A stretch of DNA of 64,000 nt from Promethearchaeia archaeon (GTDB lineage: Archaea > Asgardarchaeota > Lokiarchaeia > Sigyniarchaeales > SOKP01), in the NCBI GenBank assembly GCA_046497275.1, contig JAWOFX010000054.1, positions 3,880-67,879 of the forward strand. The letters are read 5' to 3'. Positions within the stretch are counted from its first letter, which is position 1. Every line of letters begins with the position of its first letter. Under the pieces are notes generated by a model, which did not search any database, was not told the origin of the DNA, and saw nothing but the letters and a program-made list of their open reading frames with translations. Positions 1 through 10,050 of this stretch are shown here, in pieces. Position numbers and translations under genes: made by a program.

Positions 1-1
1 T

Positions 2-2524
2 GCTTACTTTCCAAATCCCATTCCAAATGATGGTAGTATTGAATATCCTGTATCTTTAACATGGAATAAAACAGGGACAGATATCGATGATTTTGATTTT
101 AATGTTTCATATTCAATATTAGTATATTCTCAAGAAGATTCTATAGTCAATTATTACGCAGATTATAATGGAGATATTTTATGGACAATAGATTATACGT
201 TAAATTTATTTAATTATAATTGGAATTTTACAGAATTGTGGTTTCTCTATCCCTCTTATCATGACAATATTAGCTTGATAACTCCTAGTACGGGAACAGA
301 AAATGTATTAGACCAAACACTAGGTGAAAGTACTTTAAACGAAAATCCAAGTCTTGATAAGCTTATAATACCCTATAATTTATCTAATTTTAGTGGTAAA
401 TATCAACTTAATCTAACTAGCTATAATGCTCTTAATGAGATTCATAGCTACCTCTATTATCAAGGAAATCTATTAGAAACATCAGGGTTTATGTATGGAG
501 ATACTATTAAAGCAGGAGTTGATATTTCTGGACCTAATATTTTCTCCCCTGATGGAGGAACCGCGCAATATACCTTTTATAACCCCAATCAATCTATAAA
601 TGATTCATTTAGCGATTCTACTGGAACTTTGTCTTCTGATAAAACTATACTTAATTTTGATTTTAATAATAAAACACTTTTATTTGTTGATAAGAATGCC
701 GAATATGGTACTTATTATCTCGGAATGTTCTGGGAAAATGGGAGTTTAATTGGTATTAATAATGTTCCAATTTATATCGAATATTATGATTTATCTTTCA
801 GTGATGTGGTAATAAAGGAATTGGAGAATAGAATTTTGATAGAAGATATAACAAGATTTGATGATATTAAGGAAAACTACTATTATTATTTCTTAGGAGC
901 ATCCATAAATAAAACAGATCAGTTTCCTCAAAACTTTTATGCAATTACTCTTGAAGGTATTGATCAACACTTTTCCTATGAAATCTCTGGAACAAATATA
1001 GATCTTGAATTTAACGATTTCCTCCAAAATGAATCAATTTTAAACCCAAGTGAAGAGATTAATTTTAAAATTTCCATGAAAAATAATAATCCAATCATAA
1101 AAGTTGAAGATGTTAAAGTTTCAGTTAAATTAGTATCTCCAATTAATGATAATTGGATTATGACTCTAGGCAATTCCTCATCTCAAACTTTAGAAATATT
1201 AGGAGATCCTAATGGTGGAAATCAGAAAGAGTTCTTACTATCTCTTCAGATGCCTGATATTAATCCTGATGGAATTTGGAAAGGATATAATTCTCCCATT
1301 AGGCTCGGCGGCGCAAAAACAATAGTGACAGTCTATATTGATAATGAACCGATATATACTTATAATTCACCTGAATATTCATTATTAGTAAATAAAACAG
1401 ATGATGAATTTGAAGGATATGTTTTATCCTTATCAGAAACACTTGAAGGCACCTCAACTAGCACAGCAATTAGAATTCCTAGAGATAAGTGTATCTATGC
1501 ACCAGATAAGACAAATATTCTAATAAATATACAAGACTATAACCATATTAGCTCATATAAACTATTTAATAATTCATATTTATTTAATAAATCCAGTAGA
1601 TTTGAAGATATATCCACTAGCCCAGATCCTCCTATAAAAGGAGAATCCTTCAATCTCAGTTCTAAATTAATTAGTGAATTTGGACAAATTATATCAGGAG
1701 AAGTTGTCAATTGTGAATATTATAATGGAACAAATTGGAGAGAGGTTGATGACTCCCCACAAACCACAGATGTAGATGGAATCTCTATTTTCGAAATAGA
1801 TACAAATGATGTAACGGTTGAAGATGATAAAATTTTATTCCGTTTATCTTGGGCAGGCTCGGAAGATATATTAAATAGAACTCAAGAATTTAATATTACT
1901 CTATTTGCTTATAAAAATGAGCTTACGATTAACGCAAGAATTAATAATCCTCCTATATATAGAAACGCAGATAAACTCTTGGATATAACATTAATTAACA
2001 CTGGAAATTCTAATCTCAATATCTCAAGCATTATATTAACATTTTCGGGTATCAACCCTTCCTATGAAATAATGCAACAAGACATCTATAAACTAGAGAG
2101 ATTAAAACCTGGGATTTCCACATTAATTATTTTTAAAATCCGTTTTAAAGCAATACCAAGTGATACTTTAACTATAAATATTTCTGTTACTGCTAATAAC
2201 ATAAATACTCAAGAAACTATTGTTTCAGAAAAGAGTATTTCTGAAAGCGTGATTAATAGTTCTATCTTCCAGAATCTGAGGAATTTTCTTCCGATTATCA
2301 TTCTTTCTCTTTTAGGATTAATTATTGGCCTGTTATTATGGTACTCTTATATTCTAAAACGGCGGATAGAAACTCCTGTTGCAAAACCTGCTCCAAAGAA
2401 AAAGCGGAGGGGAGTCTATAAAAAAGTTTCTGAATTAAAGAAAGAAACACCTGAGAAAGAGGAAGAAGCCGAAGAGAAAGAAAAAACTGATTTAGATTCC
2501 TTATTAGAAGAAGAAGGAATATAG
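2..2524 (+). CDS. Large cell-surface (S-layer/adhesin-like) protein with C-terminal membrane anchor; 5' end lies outside the window
   Basis: The frame is open from the window edge (AYFPNPIPNDGSIEYPVSLTWNK... runs into the TTG at 236). Many N-x-S/T sequons and an Asn/Ser/Thr-rich sequence. Single C-terminal TM helix (IIILSLLGLIIGLLLWYSYIL), then a Lys/Arg-rich and a Glu-rich tail. No specific family recognised. Confidence 0.6.
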   Translation, partial: AYFPNPIPNDGSIEYPVSLTWNKTGTDIDDFDFNVSYSILVYSQEDSIVNYYADYNGDILWTIDYTLNLFNYNWNFTELWFLYPSYHDNISLITPSTGTENVLDQTLGESTLNENPSLDKLIIPYNLSNFSGKYQLNLTSYNALNEIHSYLYYQGNLLETSGFMYGDTIKAGVDISGPNIFSPDGGTAQYTFYNPNQSINDSFSDSTGTLSSDKTILNFDFNNKTLLFVDKNAEYGTYYLGMFWENGSLIGINNVPIYIEYYDLSFSDVVIKELENRILIEDITRFDDIKENYYYYFLGASINKTDQFPQNFYAITLEGIDQHFSYEISGTNIDLEFNDFLQNESILNPSEEINFKISMKNNNPIIKVEDVKVSVKLVSPINDNWIMTLGNSSSQTLEILGDPNGGNQKEFLLSLQMPDINPDGIWKGYNSPIRLGGAKTIVTVYIDNEPIYTYNSPEYSLLVNKTDDEFEGYVLSLSETLEGTSTSTAIRIPRDKCIYAPDKTNILINIQDYNHISSYKLFNNSYLFNKSSRFEDISTSPDPPIKGESFNLSSKLISEFGQIISGEVVNCEYYNGTNWREVDDSPQTTDVDGISIFEIDTNDVTVEDDKILFRLSWAGSEDILNRTQEFNITLFAYKNELTINARINNPPIYRNADKLLDITLINTGNSNLNISSIILTFSGINPSYEIMQQDIYKLERLKPGISTLIIFKIRFKAIPSDTLTINISVTANNINTQETIVSEKSISESVINSSIFQNLRNFLPIIILSLLGLIIGLLLWYSYILKRRIETPVAKPAPKKKRRGVYKKVSELKKETPEKEEEAEEKEKTDLDSLLEEEGI

Positions 2525-2588
2525 AACTGTAGAATAATAATTATTATCTATTTTAATAACTTTTTTTCAAAAAGAGAGAAAAATAAAA

Positions 2589-2939
2589 TTATAGATTGGA
2601 AATTGAAATCAAATTCCTTTTTAAAAGTCCTAATGAAGCTCTGCCATCTACTCCAGCAAGAGCAATAAGTACAACCTGTTCAGACCCAACGAGAATAGCA
2701 AAACCATCCTCTAATTCGATTGTAATGTTTCTTACACTTCCTTTTCCAGTGTCTTGACCTAAAGTATTAGAATCATTTAAAATTTTTGTACAAGCTTTAG
2801 CAATTTTGCTATGGTTCATCTCAATTAATGTCTGCCCGACAATTACATTTCCCTCTTGATCTGCAGCAATTAAACCTTCACATTCGGGAACTAGATCCAT
2901 CAATTGTGCTAATTTTGGTTCAATGTCTTTTTTACTCAT
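2589..2939 (-). CDS. Roadblock/LC7 (MglB-like) domain protein
   Basis: 116 aa. The pattern ...GLIAADQEGNVIVGQ...ITIELEDGFAILVGSEQVVLIALAG... is typical of the Roadblock/LC7 alpha-beta-alpha sandwich. Confidence 0.75.
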   Translation of the reverse strand: MSKKDIEPKLAQLMDLVPECEGLIAADQEGNVIVGQTLIEMNHSKIAKACTKILNDSNTLGQDTGKGSVRNITIELEDGFAILVGSEQVVLIALAGVDGRASLGLLKRNLISISNL

Positions 2940-3103
2940 ATTGTTAGAATCCTCTTTTTAACAATTTCTTTAGATAAATAGTGAAAATACTTCTTAAAGT
3001 ATATATATAGAACTTTCTATTAATATTTTTATACTATTTGATACTCAATTTAAAATTCTCCTTTTAGAAATAAGAAACGAATGGAGAAGAAAAATTCGAA
3101 CCT

Positions 3104-3388
3104 TTATTTTAAGATTATGAGAATTAATTGCTCTTCCAATGCAATCATTATTTCTCCTTTTGATGTTTCTAAACGAATAAATTGCATTGATCCTTCCTTC
3201 AATGCATCCACGACTTGCTTTGCTTTGCCTATTAAGGATGTTATGTATGCTGAAACTTGTTCTGTCATATCCATATCAAGATTAGATTTGATTGGTAAAC
3301 CACTGGTGTCTGTAATTATAACTCCTCGTACACCCTCTTTTTCTTCAAAGCGCCTTATTATCTGCTTGACTTGATTGATGTCTATCAA
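3104..3388 (-). CDS. Roadblock/LC7 (MglB-like) domain protein
   Basis: 94 aa, TTG start. GVRGVIITDTSGLPIKSN...IRLETSKGEIMIALEEQLILIILK matches the dynein-light-chain Roadblock/LC7 pattern. Confidence 0.8.
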   Translation of the reverse strand: MIDINQVKQIIRRFEEKEGVRGVIITDTSGLPIKSNLDMDMTEQVSAYITSLIGKAKQVVDALKEGSMQFIRLETSKGEIMIALEEQLILIILK

Positions 3389-3571
3389 AATTTAATACCC
3401 TTTTAAATATCTACAAATAAAGTATGAAATATTCAAATTTATTATTAATAAAATAATCAGTGTATTTAATAATTTACTTCTAAAAAAAATTCATAAATGA
3501 AATAAAATAATCTAATTTTCACACTCTTTTTACAGAAATCTCTAGCCTTTTTCTTATTTAATGATTAATAA

Positions 3572-4213
3572 TCAAAGGAAATAATTTCTGTAAAAATTAT
3601 ATTGCCTTTCATCAGCAATTGTGGTTGTTCCCATATGTCCCGGAAACACAACAAAATTATTCCTTATGTTTGGATTATTCATTATCTTTTGTTTAATACT
3701 TGAAAATAGTTGTTGTTGATTTCCACCTTGGATATCTGAACGTCCTATACTCCGTCGAAATAATAAATCACCAGTAAATATTACTCCATCAACTTCTTTT
3801 CCATTATACTCTTTTACATCCTTAGTATAATAGGATAAAGCTCCAGGGGAATGACCAGGTGTTTCTAAAACGTGGAGAGTAATATCACCAATTTCAATAT
3901 TATCGCCCTCTTTTAGCCATTTATCCGCCTTTTTTTGAGTATAAATGCCAGAATCAAATTCTGTTTTATTATACATTAAGGGAATATCAAAATAACGTTT
4001 AATTCTTCCAACTTTCATAGAATGATCAAAATGCCCATGAGTCAGAAGCACAGCTATCGGTTTAGCTTCCAATTTCTCTATAGTTTCAATTATTTGTTGC
4101 GCATCTCCGCCTGGATCAATAATCACAACCTCTTTTGTATCTTCGGATCCAAAAATGTAACAATTCGTACCGATGGGTCCTACAATAAGTTTTTTAAAAA
4201 TCATAATTTCCAT
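3572..4213 (-). CDS. MBL-fold metallo-hydrolase (glyoxalase II-like)
   Basis: Motif LLTHGHFDH, later TPGHSPG and a C-terminal PGH. Length of 213 aa is typical. Confidence 0.85.
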   Translation of the reverse strand: MEIMIFKKLIVGPIGTNCYIFGSEDTKEVVIIDPGGDAQQIIETIEKLEAKPIAVLLTHGHFDHSMKVGRIKRYFDIPLMYNKTEFDSGIYTQKKADKWLKEGDNIEIGDITLHVLETPGHSPGALSYYTKDVKEYNGKEVDGVIFTGDLLFRRSIGRSDIQGGNQQQLFSSIKQKIMNNPNIRNNFVVFPGHMGTTTIADERQYNFYRNYFL

Positions 4214-4326
4214 TAAGAAAAAATTATAGCAATTTAAAATATAAAAAGAAAATTGAAATAAAAACTATTGAATTATAGAATCTAAACTCAAACCCAATGA
4301 TTTTATCAATTTTTATTTATTATATG

Positions 4327-4620
4327 CTATTCTTCCTTGATAAGCTCATTAATCTCAACTAAACGATTATAGACCTCTAAGCCTTTATCGGTTAATTTTA
4401 TAACTTTTGCATTTTCCTTTTCGTTTGGAACGATTTCAATTAATCCTCTTTTTATCAAGTCTTCTTTAACCCTGAAATAAGAGTTATAATAACTAAATTT
4501 ATTTAATTCATTATAGAACGTATGCTTGTCGACCTCATTATCTTTAAAACTTGTTAGAACTTTCAAAGTATCTCTAAAACCTTTCTTTTTAAGAAATGTA
4601 ATTAATTCTTCAATTGCCAT
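4327..4620 (-). CDS. Small winged-helix DNA-binding-like protein
   Basis: 97 aa, helical N-terminus followed by a ...IKRGLIEIVPNEKENAKVIKLTDKGLEVY wing-like segment. Assignment rests on pattern only. Confidence 0.4.
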   Translation of the reverse strand: MAIEELITFLKKKGFRDTLKVLTSFKDNEVDKHTFYNELNKFSYYNSYFRVKEDLIKRGLIEIVPNEKENAKVIKLTDKGLEVYNRLVEINELIKEE

Positions 4621-4861
4621 GCTTATCCCTCGATCTTACGATTCTTTTTGTTTAATTTGGCTCAATACACTAAAAAGTATTTATATTAAAAAATATTTAC
4701 ATTATAATTTCTAAATTTTTGTCCAAAACTGGTATTATTTAACGATATTTTTCTTATTCTAAAAATGTTTTCTTAAAAATATCAAATTATCCTTTATTCA
4801 ACAAACTAAAGTTTTTTTAATTTCCAAATATTTCAAAAATCAAATTAGATATGATTTAAAC

Positions 4862-5623
4862 GTGGATTTTAATAGATATTTTGAAATTGAAAAGGGTTCT
4901 ATACCAATTGTATTATCTTGTCCTCACGGAGGATTTCTAAAACCCAAATTTCTCTTAGATAAAGAAAGTGGAGTAAATATCGCAGATAAAGTTACTTATT
5001 TGGCTGCGAAACATACATTGAACCTTTTAAAACAAAAAAATATCAAAATTTATTATATTTTAAATAAAATTCACCGTAGTAAAATAGATGTGAATCGCCC
5101 TCCTAAAGCCACTAATGCGCTAAATCAAAAGGCTAAAAATGTAGAAATTGCAAAAAGGATCCATAGTTTATATCATCAGCAAATTAAGAAATTAACAGAA
5201 GAATGTATCTCTCTTTTTAAAGCATGTTTTTTCATTGATTTTCATGGGTTTACTAAGCCTCATCAAGAGTATCCTGATATAATAATTGGTAATATTTTTG
5301 GAAATACACTAAATATTAAAATAGAAAATCAAGGGAAAATTAAGGGAGAGAATCATAAATATTGGGGACATCATCAAATCGTACATGAATTTTCTAAAAA
5401 TTTTACCTTAGACGATGGCTTAGGATTGAATAATTATAACTTCGCATATTCAGGAGGGTATATTACCCATCAATTCTATAATAAAGACCACATAAATGCT
5501 ATACAATTAGAAGTAGCCAAATATATTAGAAAAAATCCTGTACTTCTCAGAATTTTTATTTCTGATTTAGTTAATGCTATTGAAGAGATAGTAAAAAAAT
5601 CTCTGGGTCTAACACATATTTAA
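4862..5623 (+). CDS. N-formylglutamate amidohydrolase family protein
   Basis: GTG start. Motifs SCPHGG, IDVNRPP and FFIDFHGF follow the metal-binding H/D/H arrangement of this family. Confidence 0.5.
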   Translation: MDFNRYFEIEKGSIPIVLSCPHGGFLKPKFLLDKESGVNIADKVTYLAAKHTLNLLKQKNIKIYYILNKIHRSKIDVNRPPKATNALNQKAKNVEIAKRIHSLYHQQIKKLTEECISLFKACFFIDFHGFTKPHQEYPDIIIGNIFGNTLNIKIENQGKIKGENHKYWGHHQIVHEFSKNFTLDDGLGLNNYNFAYSGGYITHQFYNKDHINAIQLEVAKYIRKNPVLLRIFISDLVNAIEEIVKKSLGLTHI

Positions 5624-5726
5624 AATCTTATTAGAAATTTTTTATATCTAATGTATGATAAAACCTAATATAAGCAAATTTTTATATTCATAAAGCACCA
5701 TAATAAAATATTTTAAGTATATTGCT

Positions 5727-6482
5727 ATGAATGTTGGTGGAATCGTGGATCTTTCCACTAAAGATATCCCAGGAAAAGCGTGTATGGTAATATTCACAAT
5801 AGGGTGCAATTTTAGATGTGATTTTTGCCACAATAAACATTTACTTATGAAAGATGCTGGAAGGGAATACTCAACCAAAGAACTTTTAGCATTAGTAAAA
5901 AATAACTTTTTAATTACTAGTGTGAGCGTCACTGGAGGGGAACCAACTCTACAAACAGATCTTATTGAGTTTTGTAAAGAGGTTAAAAAATTAGAAAAAT
6001 TCGTGAGTATAGATACTAATGGTTCTAATCCTGTTATAATTGAAACATTAATTCCTTATATTGATAGGATTGCGGTAGACTTAAAAAGTCCATTAATAAG
6101 AGAGAGATATAAAAATATTACTCATATCGATATTGATCCCTCTATTATAGAGAAGACTATTAAAATAATTAATCAGAATAAAAATGTTGATTTTGAAATA
6201 CGGACGACCTATGTAAAAAATCTTTTGGTCCAAAACGATATTCATCAAATAATTCAATATTTAAATAAGATTCGCTTTACTGGAACGTTCGTTCTCCAGC
6301 AATATCAATATTCTGAAGGAGTGGGTGAGGAATTCAAGGATAAATTTCAGAAACCAGAGCATACCTTATTGTTAGATATATTGCAACAATATTTAGACGA
6401 AGATTTACCTTTCAAAATATATATTAGAGATGAGATAATAGGTTATTCGGAAATTCATGAAATTTTTTCTAAATTACTTTAA
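5727..6482 (+). CDS. Radical SAM activating enzyme, NrdG-like (class III RNR activase family)
   Basis: N-terminus GGIVDLSTKDIPGKACMVIFTIGCNFRCDFCHN (CxxxCxxC) and VTGGEPTL. No nrdD in the window. Confidence 0.7.
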   Translation: MNVGGIVDLSTKDIPGKACMVIFTIGCNFRCDFCHNKHLLMKDAGREYSTKELLALVKNNFLITSVSVTGGEPTLQTDLIEFCKEVKKLEKFVSIDTNGSNPVIIETLIPYIDRIAVDLKSPLIRERYKNITHIDIDPSIIEKTIKIINQNKNVDFEIRTTYVKNLLVQNDIHQIIQYLNKIRFTGTFVLQQYQYSEGVGEEFKDKFQKPEHTLLLDILQQYLDEDLPFKIYIRDEIIGYSEIHEIFSKLL

Positions 6483-6589
6483 AAAACAACTAATAATAAT
6501 TAGGTTGCTTTATAGATTATAAATCTAAAATAAATGAATAATTATGCAAAATTCAAAAATTATCTAACTTTTTCTATATTGAATTAATT

Positions 6590-7723
6590 ATGAATGAAGA
6601 TAAAATCTTAGATCAAATTGAGTCTTGTATAGATTGTATGAGTTGTTTGGAAGTATGTGATACTTATTTAGCAACAGATAATGATTTGCAATCTCCCAAT
6701 GGACGTTTAAAAATTGCGGAGAAAGTTTTTACCAATCAAAAGATTTCTGAAGAAGAAAGATTTGGTATATACACATGCACTCTATGTTCTCTTTGCGATA
6801 CTGTATGTACTCAAGAAATTTCGATTTCCGAAATAATTCACGCAACGAAGATTAAACTATCTAAAACAGAAATGGGTCCATATGAAATTCACAATAAAAT
6901 TTCTAAAGGTATTATTGAGAAAGATAATTCTGTGAATGGTAAACCGGAGGAAAGGTTGGATTGGTTGCCTGAAAAATATAAGGATTTAGAGAATTTCGAT
7001 AATCGAAAATCAGATACATTACTCTTTCTTGGATGCATGTCATCCTTTAAAGTTAAAGAGAGTGCGAGTGCATCTTATCAAATTTTAAAAAAAGCTGATT
7101 ATGAATTCAAAATATTAAAGAACGAGCCTTGTTGTGGAGAGTATCTATATTCTGCAGGAAAATTAGAAGAAGCAAAAAAATATTTCAAAAAAACATATGA
7201 GATTCTAAAACAAAATGGAATAAAGAATATAATAGTGACATGTGCTGGGTGTTTATATGCTTTCAATAATGTATATCCTCAATATATTGAAGGATATGAT
7301 ATTGAAGTTCGTCATGTCGTTCAAGTTATTTATGATTTGGTAAAAGAGGGAAAAATTAAATTAAAAAAATTGGATGGAAAAGAAATTACATATCATGATG
7401 CATGTCGAATGGGGAGAAAGATAAAAGGTATGGATATATATGATGAGCCAAGAGAATTATTAAACCAAATAGGGATTAACATTCAAGAATTACCTAAAAA
7501 TAGGGTAGAGAGTCCTTGTTGTGGAGCAGGTTCTGGAATTAGAGGTGTTGCTAAAGATCTTTGTATAGATATAGGAACTTCGGTATTAAACAATTTAGAT
7601 AATGGAGAGATCGTTTCAAGTTGTCCTTTATGTATTTTCAATTATCGATATGTTAATTATAAAAATCAATTAGATAAGAGTATAAAATATATTACTGAAT
7701 ACATTCTCGATGCTATGGAATAA
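6590..7723 (+). CDS. Fe-S oxidoreductase, HdrD/GlcF/GlpC-like (2x[4Fe-4S] ferredoxin domain plus two CCG domains)
   Basis: CIDCMSCLEVC and CTLCSLCDTVC ferredoxin motifs, then two Cys-rich CCG motifs (EPCCGEYLY, SPCCGAGSG). Confidence 0.75.
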   Translation: MNEDKILDQIESCIDCMSCLEVCDTYLATDNDLQSPNGRLKIAEKVFTNQKISEEERFGIYTCTLCSLCDTVCTQEISISEIIHATKIKLSKTEMGPYEIHNKISKGIIEKDNSVNGKPEERLDWLPEKYKDLENFDNRKSDTLLFLGCMSSFKVKESASASYQILKKADYEFKILKNEPCCGEYLYSAGKLEEAKKYFKKTYEILKQNGIKNIIVTCAGCLYAFNNVYPQYIEGYDIEVRHVVQVIYDLVKEGKIKLKKLDGKEITYHDACRMGRKIKGMDIYDEPRELLNQIGINIQELPKNRVESPCCGAGSGIRGVAKDLCIDIGTSVLNNLDNGEIVSSCPLCIFNYRYVNYKNQLDKSIKYITEYILDAME

Positions 7724-7773
7724 AGCATAATCAAAATGTTCTAAAAAATAAGTACTGTTATACTTTATTTTCA

Positions 7774-7807
7774 ATATAATCCAATTACATTAGGATTATA
7801 TTTTTTT
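7774..7807 (+). terminator. Stem-loop plus T-tract downstream of 6590..7723
   Basis: Perfect 9-bp stem atataatcc (7774-7782) / ggattatat (7793-7801) with a 10-nt loop, running into T7 (7801-7807). Confidence 0.45.
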
Positions 7808-7942
7808 AAATTTTCAAACGGTTAATTCTTTCATTTTTTTTAAGAGAAAAAAGATGTTTGTCTAAAGAATCATTTATATATTTTTGTAAATAGGACCCAT
7901 TTATATTAAAAAACTATATTAATCAATTAATTAGGAAATTAT

Positions 7943-8674
7943 TTGAAAAAAATGACGTTAACATTAGTTGATTATGTAAATGGATCCTTAAGTTTGCTAT
8001 TTGTAATAATTTCTGTATATATAGGGATTATATTAATATTGAAGTATAAACAATATCAAGAAATAACTTTACTTTACGTTGGTATTACTTGGATTATCAT
8101 GTGTGAACCTTGGTGGCCGCATAGTGTTTCGTTTATTGTATCGTTACTTACAGGAACGGGATTAGATATAAGGACTTTTTATTTCTTAGCAGTGACTTTT
8201 ATTCCTATTGGTTTGTTAACTTGGTTGAAAGCTTCTCTTGAGTTCATGAATGTAAAGAAGCAAAAAACTATTTTAATACTCTCAGCCATTATTATGGGAA
8301 TATTTGAAATCATCTTTTTTATCGTTCTAATAATTAATCCTGCTATAATTGCTACGATGCTGACCGATGTGGATGCAGTAAATCATCTATTTATTCTGTT
8401 GTACTTTTTAGTAATTTTGGGGCTATTTTTAATCACTGGGATTTTATTCGCATTTAATGCAATGAAAACTGATCTAAAAAAAAATAAGATTAAAGGAAGA
8501 ATCTTACTTATTGCCATTTTGGTTTACACTCTTGGTGGAATTATCGATGGTGCTTTTGAGATGGGGATTGGTGTTCTAGTTGCCAGCAGAGTATTGTTAT
8601 TGCTAAGTTCTATATTATTTTATTTTGGATTTATCTTGCCAAAATGGTTAGAAAATATTCTTATAAGGGAATAA
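7943..8674 (+). CDS. Polytopic membrane protein (about 7 TM), unknown function
   Basis: TTG start. Hydrophobic segments throughout. No family recognised. Confidence 0.5.
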   Translation: MKKMTLTLVDYVNGSLSLLFVIISVYIGIILILKYKQYQEITLLYVGITWIIMCEPWWPHSVSFIVSLLTGTGLDIRTFYFLAVTFIPIGLLTWLKASLEFMNVKKQKTILILSAIIMGIFEIIFFIVLIINPAIIATMLTDVDAVNHLFILLYFLVILGLFLITGILFAFNAMKTDLKKNKIKGRILLIAILVYTLGGIIDGAFEMGIGVLVASRVLLLLSSILFYFGFILPKWLENILIRE

Positions 8675-8711
8675 TAAATATTAATAATCTTAATGAGTTT
8701 AGATCAATAAA

Positions 8712-9932
8712 TTGCCAAAAAATACCACTAATGAGGTTTTTACACCTCATAAGATAGGGAATTTAGAAATTCCAAACAGATTAGTTCGATCAGCAACATA
8801 TTTGAGCAAGGCTACCGAAGATGGATACGTCACAGATGATTTAATCCAAGTATATGAAGAATTAGCTGAGGGGGGTCCAGGTTTATGTATTACCGGTGTG
8901 TCAATAGTGCGAAAAGATGGACGCCAATTGGCAAAAATGTTAGGAAATTATTCGGATGAATATCTGGATGGATTAAATAGACTTGCAGTTGCTTATCATA
9001 GTAAAGTAAAAGAATTAGGTAATAATTCAAAAATATTTTTGCAAATAGGACATTGTGGAAGTCAGAGTACTCATTGGGGTTATCATGGAGAACTAGTATC
9101 TTCTTCTTCTGTTGAGAATACTATTTTGAAAAAAACCCCAAAAAAATTATCCATAAAAGAGATAGAGAAAGTAGTTGATTGCTTTGCAGATGCAACCGAA
9201 AGAGCTAAAAAAGCTGGATTCGATGGAGTACAATATCATGGTGCTCATGGATATTTAATCACACAATTTTACTCACCTTATTTTAATAAAAGAACCGACA
9301 AGTATGGTGGATCTACTGAAAATAGAGCTAGATTCGCAATAGAAATTTTAGAAAAGAGTAGAAAAAAAGTTGGAAATAATTTTCCAATAAATTTAAAGAT
9401 GAATGGTTCTGATAGAATAGAGGGAGGATTAGATATAAAAGAAGCTTTGGAATTAGCTAAAATCTTTGCTAAAAATGGATATGATTCATTAGAAATATCA
9501 TCATATATTCACGAGGCTGGAAGAACTGAAGAAGTAATCTCACTTCCACCAGAAACACAAAAAGACTTAAGAAAAAGGAATAAAGAAGCATACAATCTTG
9601 ATTTAGCAAAATATATTAAAGAAGGACTTAAACAACAAAAAAATACTGATATCCCTGTTATCTTAGTTGGGGGGCTTTATAAATTTGAAACAATTCAAGA
9701 AATTATTGAAAAAACACCAATTGAATTTTGTTCGATGTGCCGTCCTTTTCTTCGACAACCTAATTTAGCGATGATATGGAAAAATGGTCCTCCATATCCA
9801 GAAGCTACATGCACCCATTGTAATTTATGCACTAACGAATTTTTAATTAAGGGATCCAAAAGTAAAGGTGTTAGATGCATTCTAGAAGAAAAATTGGAGA
9901 AAAAAAGACGAAGAAAACAGAAAAAAAAATAA
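8712..9932 (+). CDS. NADH:flavin oxidoreductase, Old Yellow Enzyme family
   Basis: HGAHGYLITQFYSPYFNKRTDKYGGSTENRARF is the canonical OYE/2,4-dienoyl-CoA-reductase N-terminal-domain signature. Lys-rich C-terminal tail. Confidence 0.85.
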   Translation: MPKNTTNEVFTPHKIGNLEIPNRLVRSATYLSKATEDGYVTDDLIQVYEELAEGGPGLCITGVSIVRKDGRQLAKMLGNYSDEYLDGLNRLAVAYHSKVKELGNNSKIFLQIGHCGSQSTHWGYHGELVSSSSVENTILKKTPKKLSIKEIEKVVDCFADATERAKKAGFDGVQYHGAHGYLITQFYSPYFNKRTDKYGGSTENRARFAIEILEKSRKKVGNNFPINLKMNGSDRIEGGLDIKEALELAKIFAKNGYDSLEISSYIHEAGRTEEVISLPPETQKDLRKRNKEAYNLDLAKYIKEGLKQQKNTDIPVILVGGLYKFETIQEIIEKTPIEFCSMCRPFLRQPNLAMIWKNGPPYPEATCTHCNLCTNEFLIKGSKSKGVRCILEEKLEKKRRRKQKKK

Positions 9933-10013
9933 TTTCATTTCAATTTTTTATTTTATCTTTAATTTCCATTTTTTAAAATAGATTTTTATAATATATCCAT
10001 ATTAGCATTTCAA

Positions 10014-10033
10014 CGTGAAACAGAAGTTTCACG
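10014..10033. terminator. Hairpin between convergent genes
   Basis: cgtgaaac (10014-10021) / gtttcacg (10026-10033), an 8-bp perfect stem with a 4-nt loop, between the 3' ends of 8712..9932 (+) and 10051..11466 (-). Confidence 0.4.
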
Positions 10034-10050
10034 ACTATTTCTTAGAAAAT

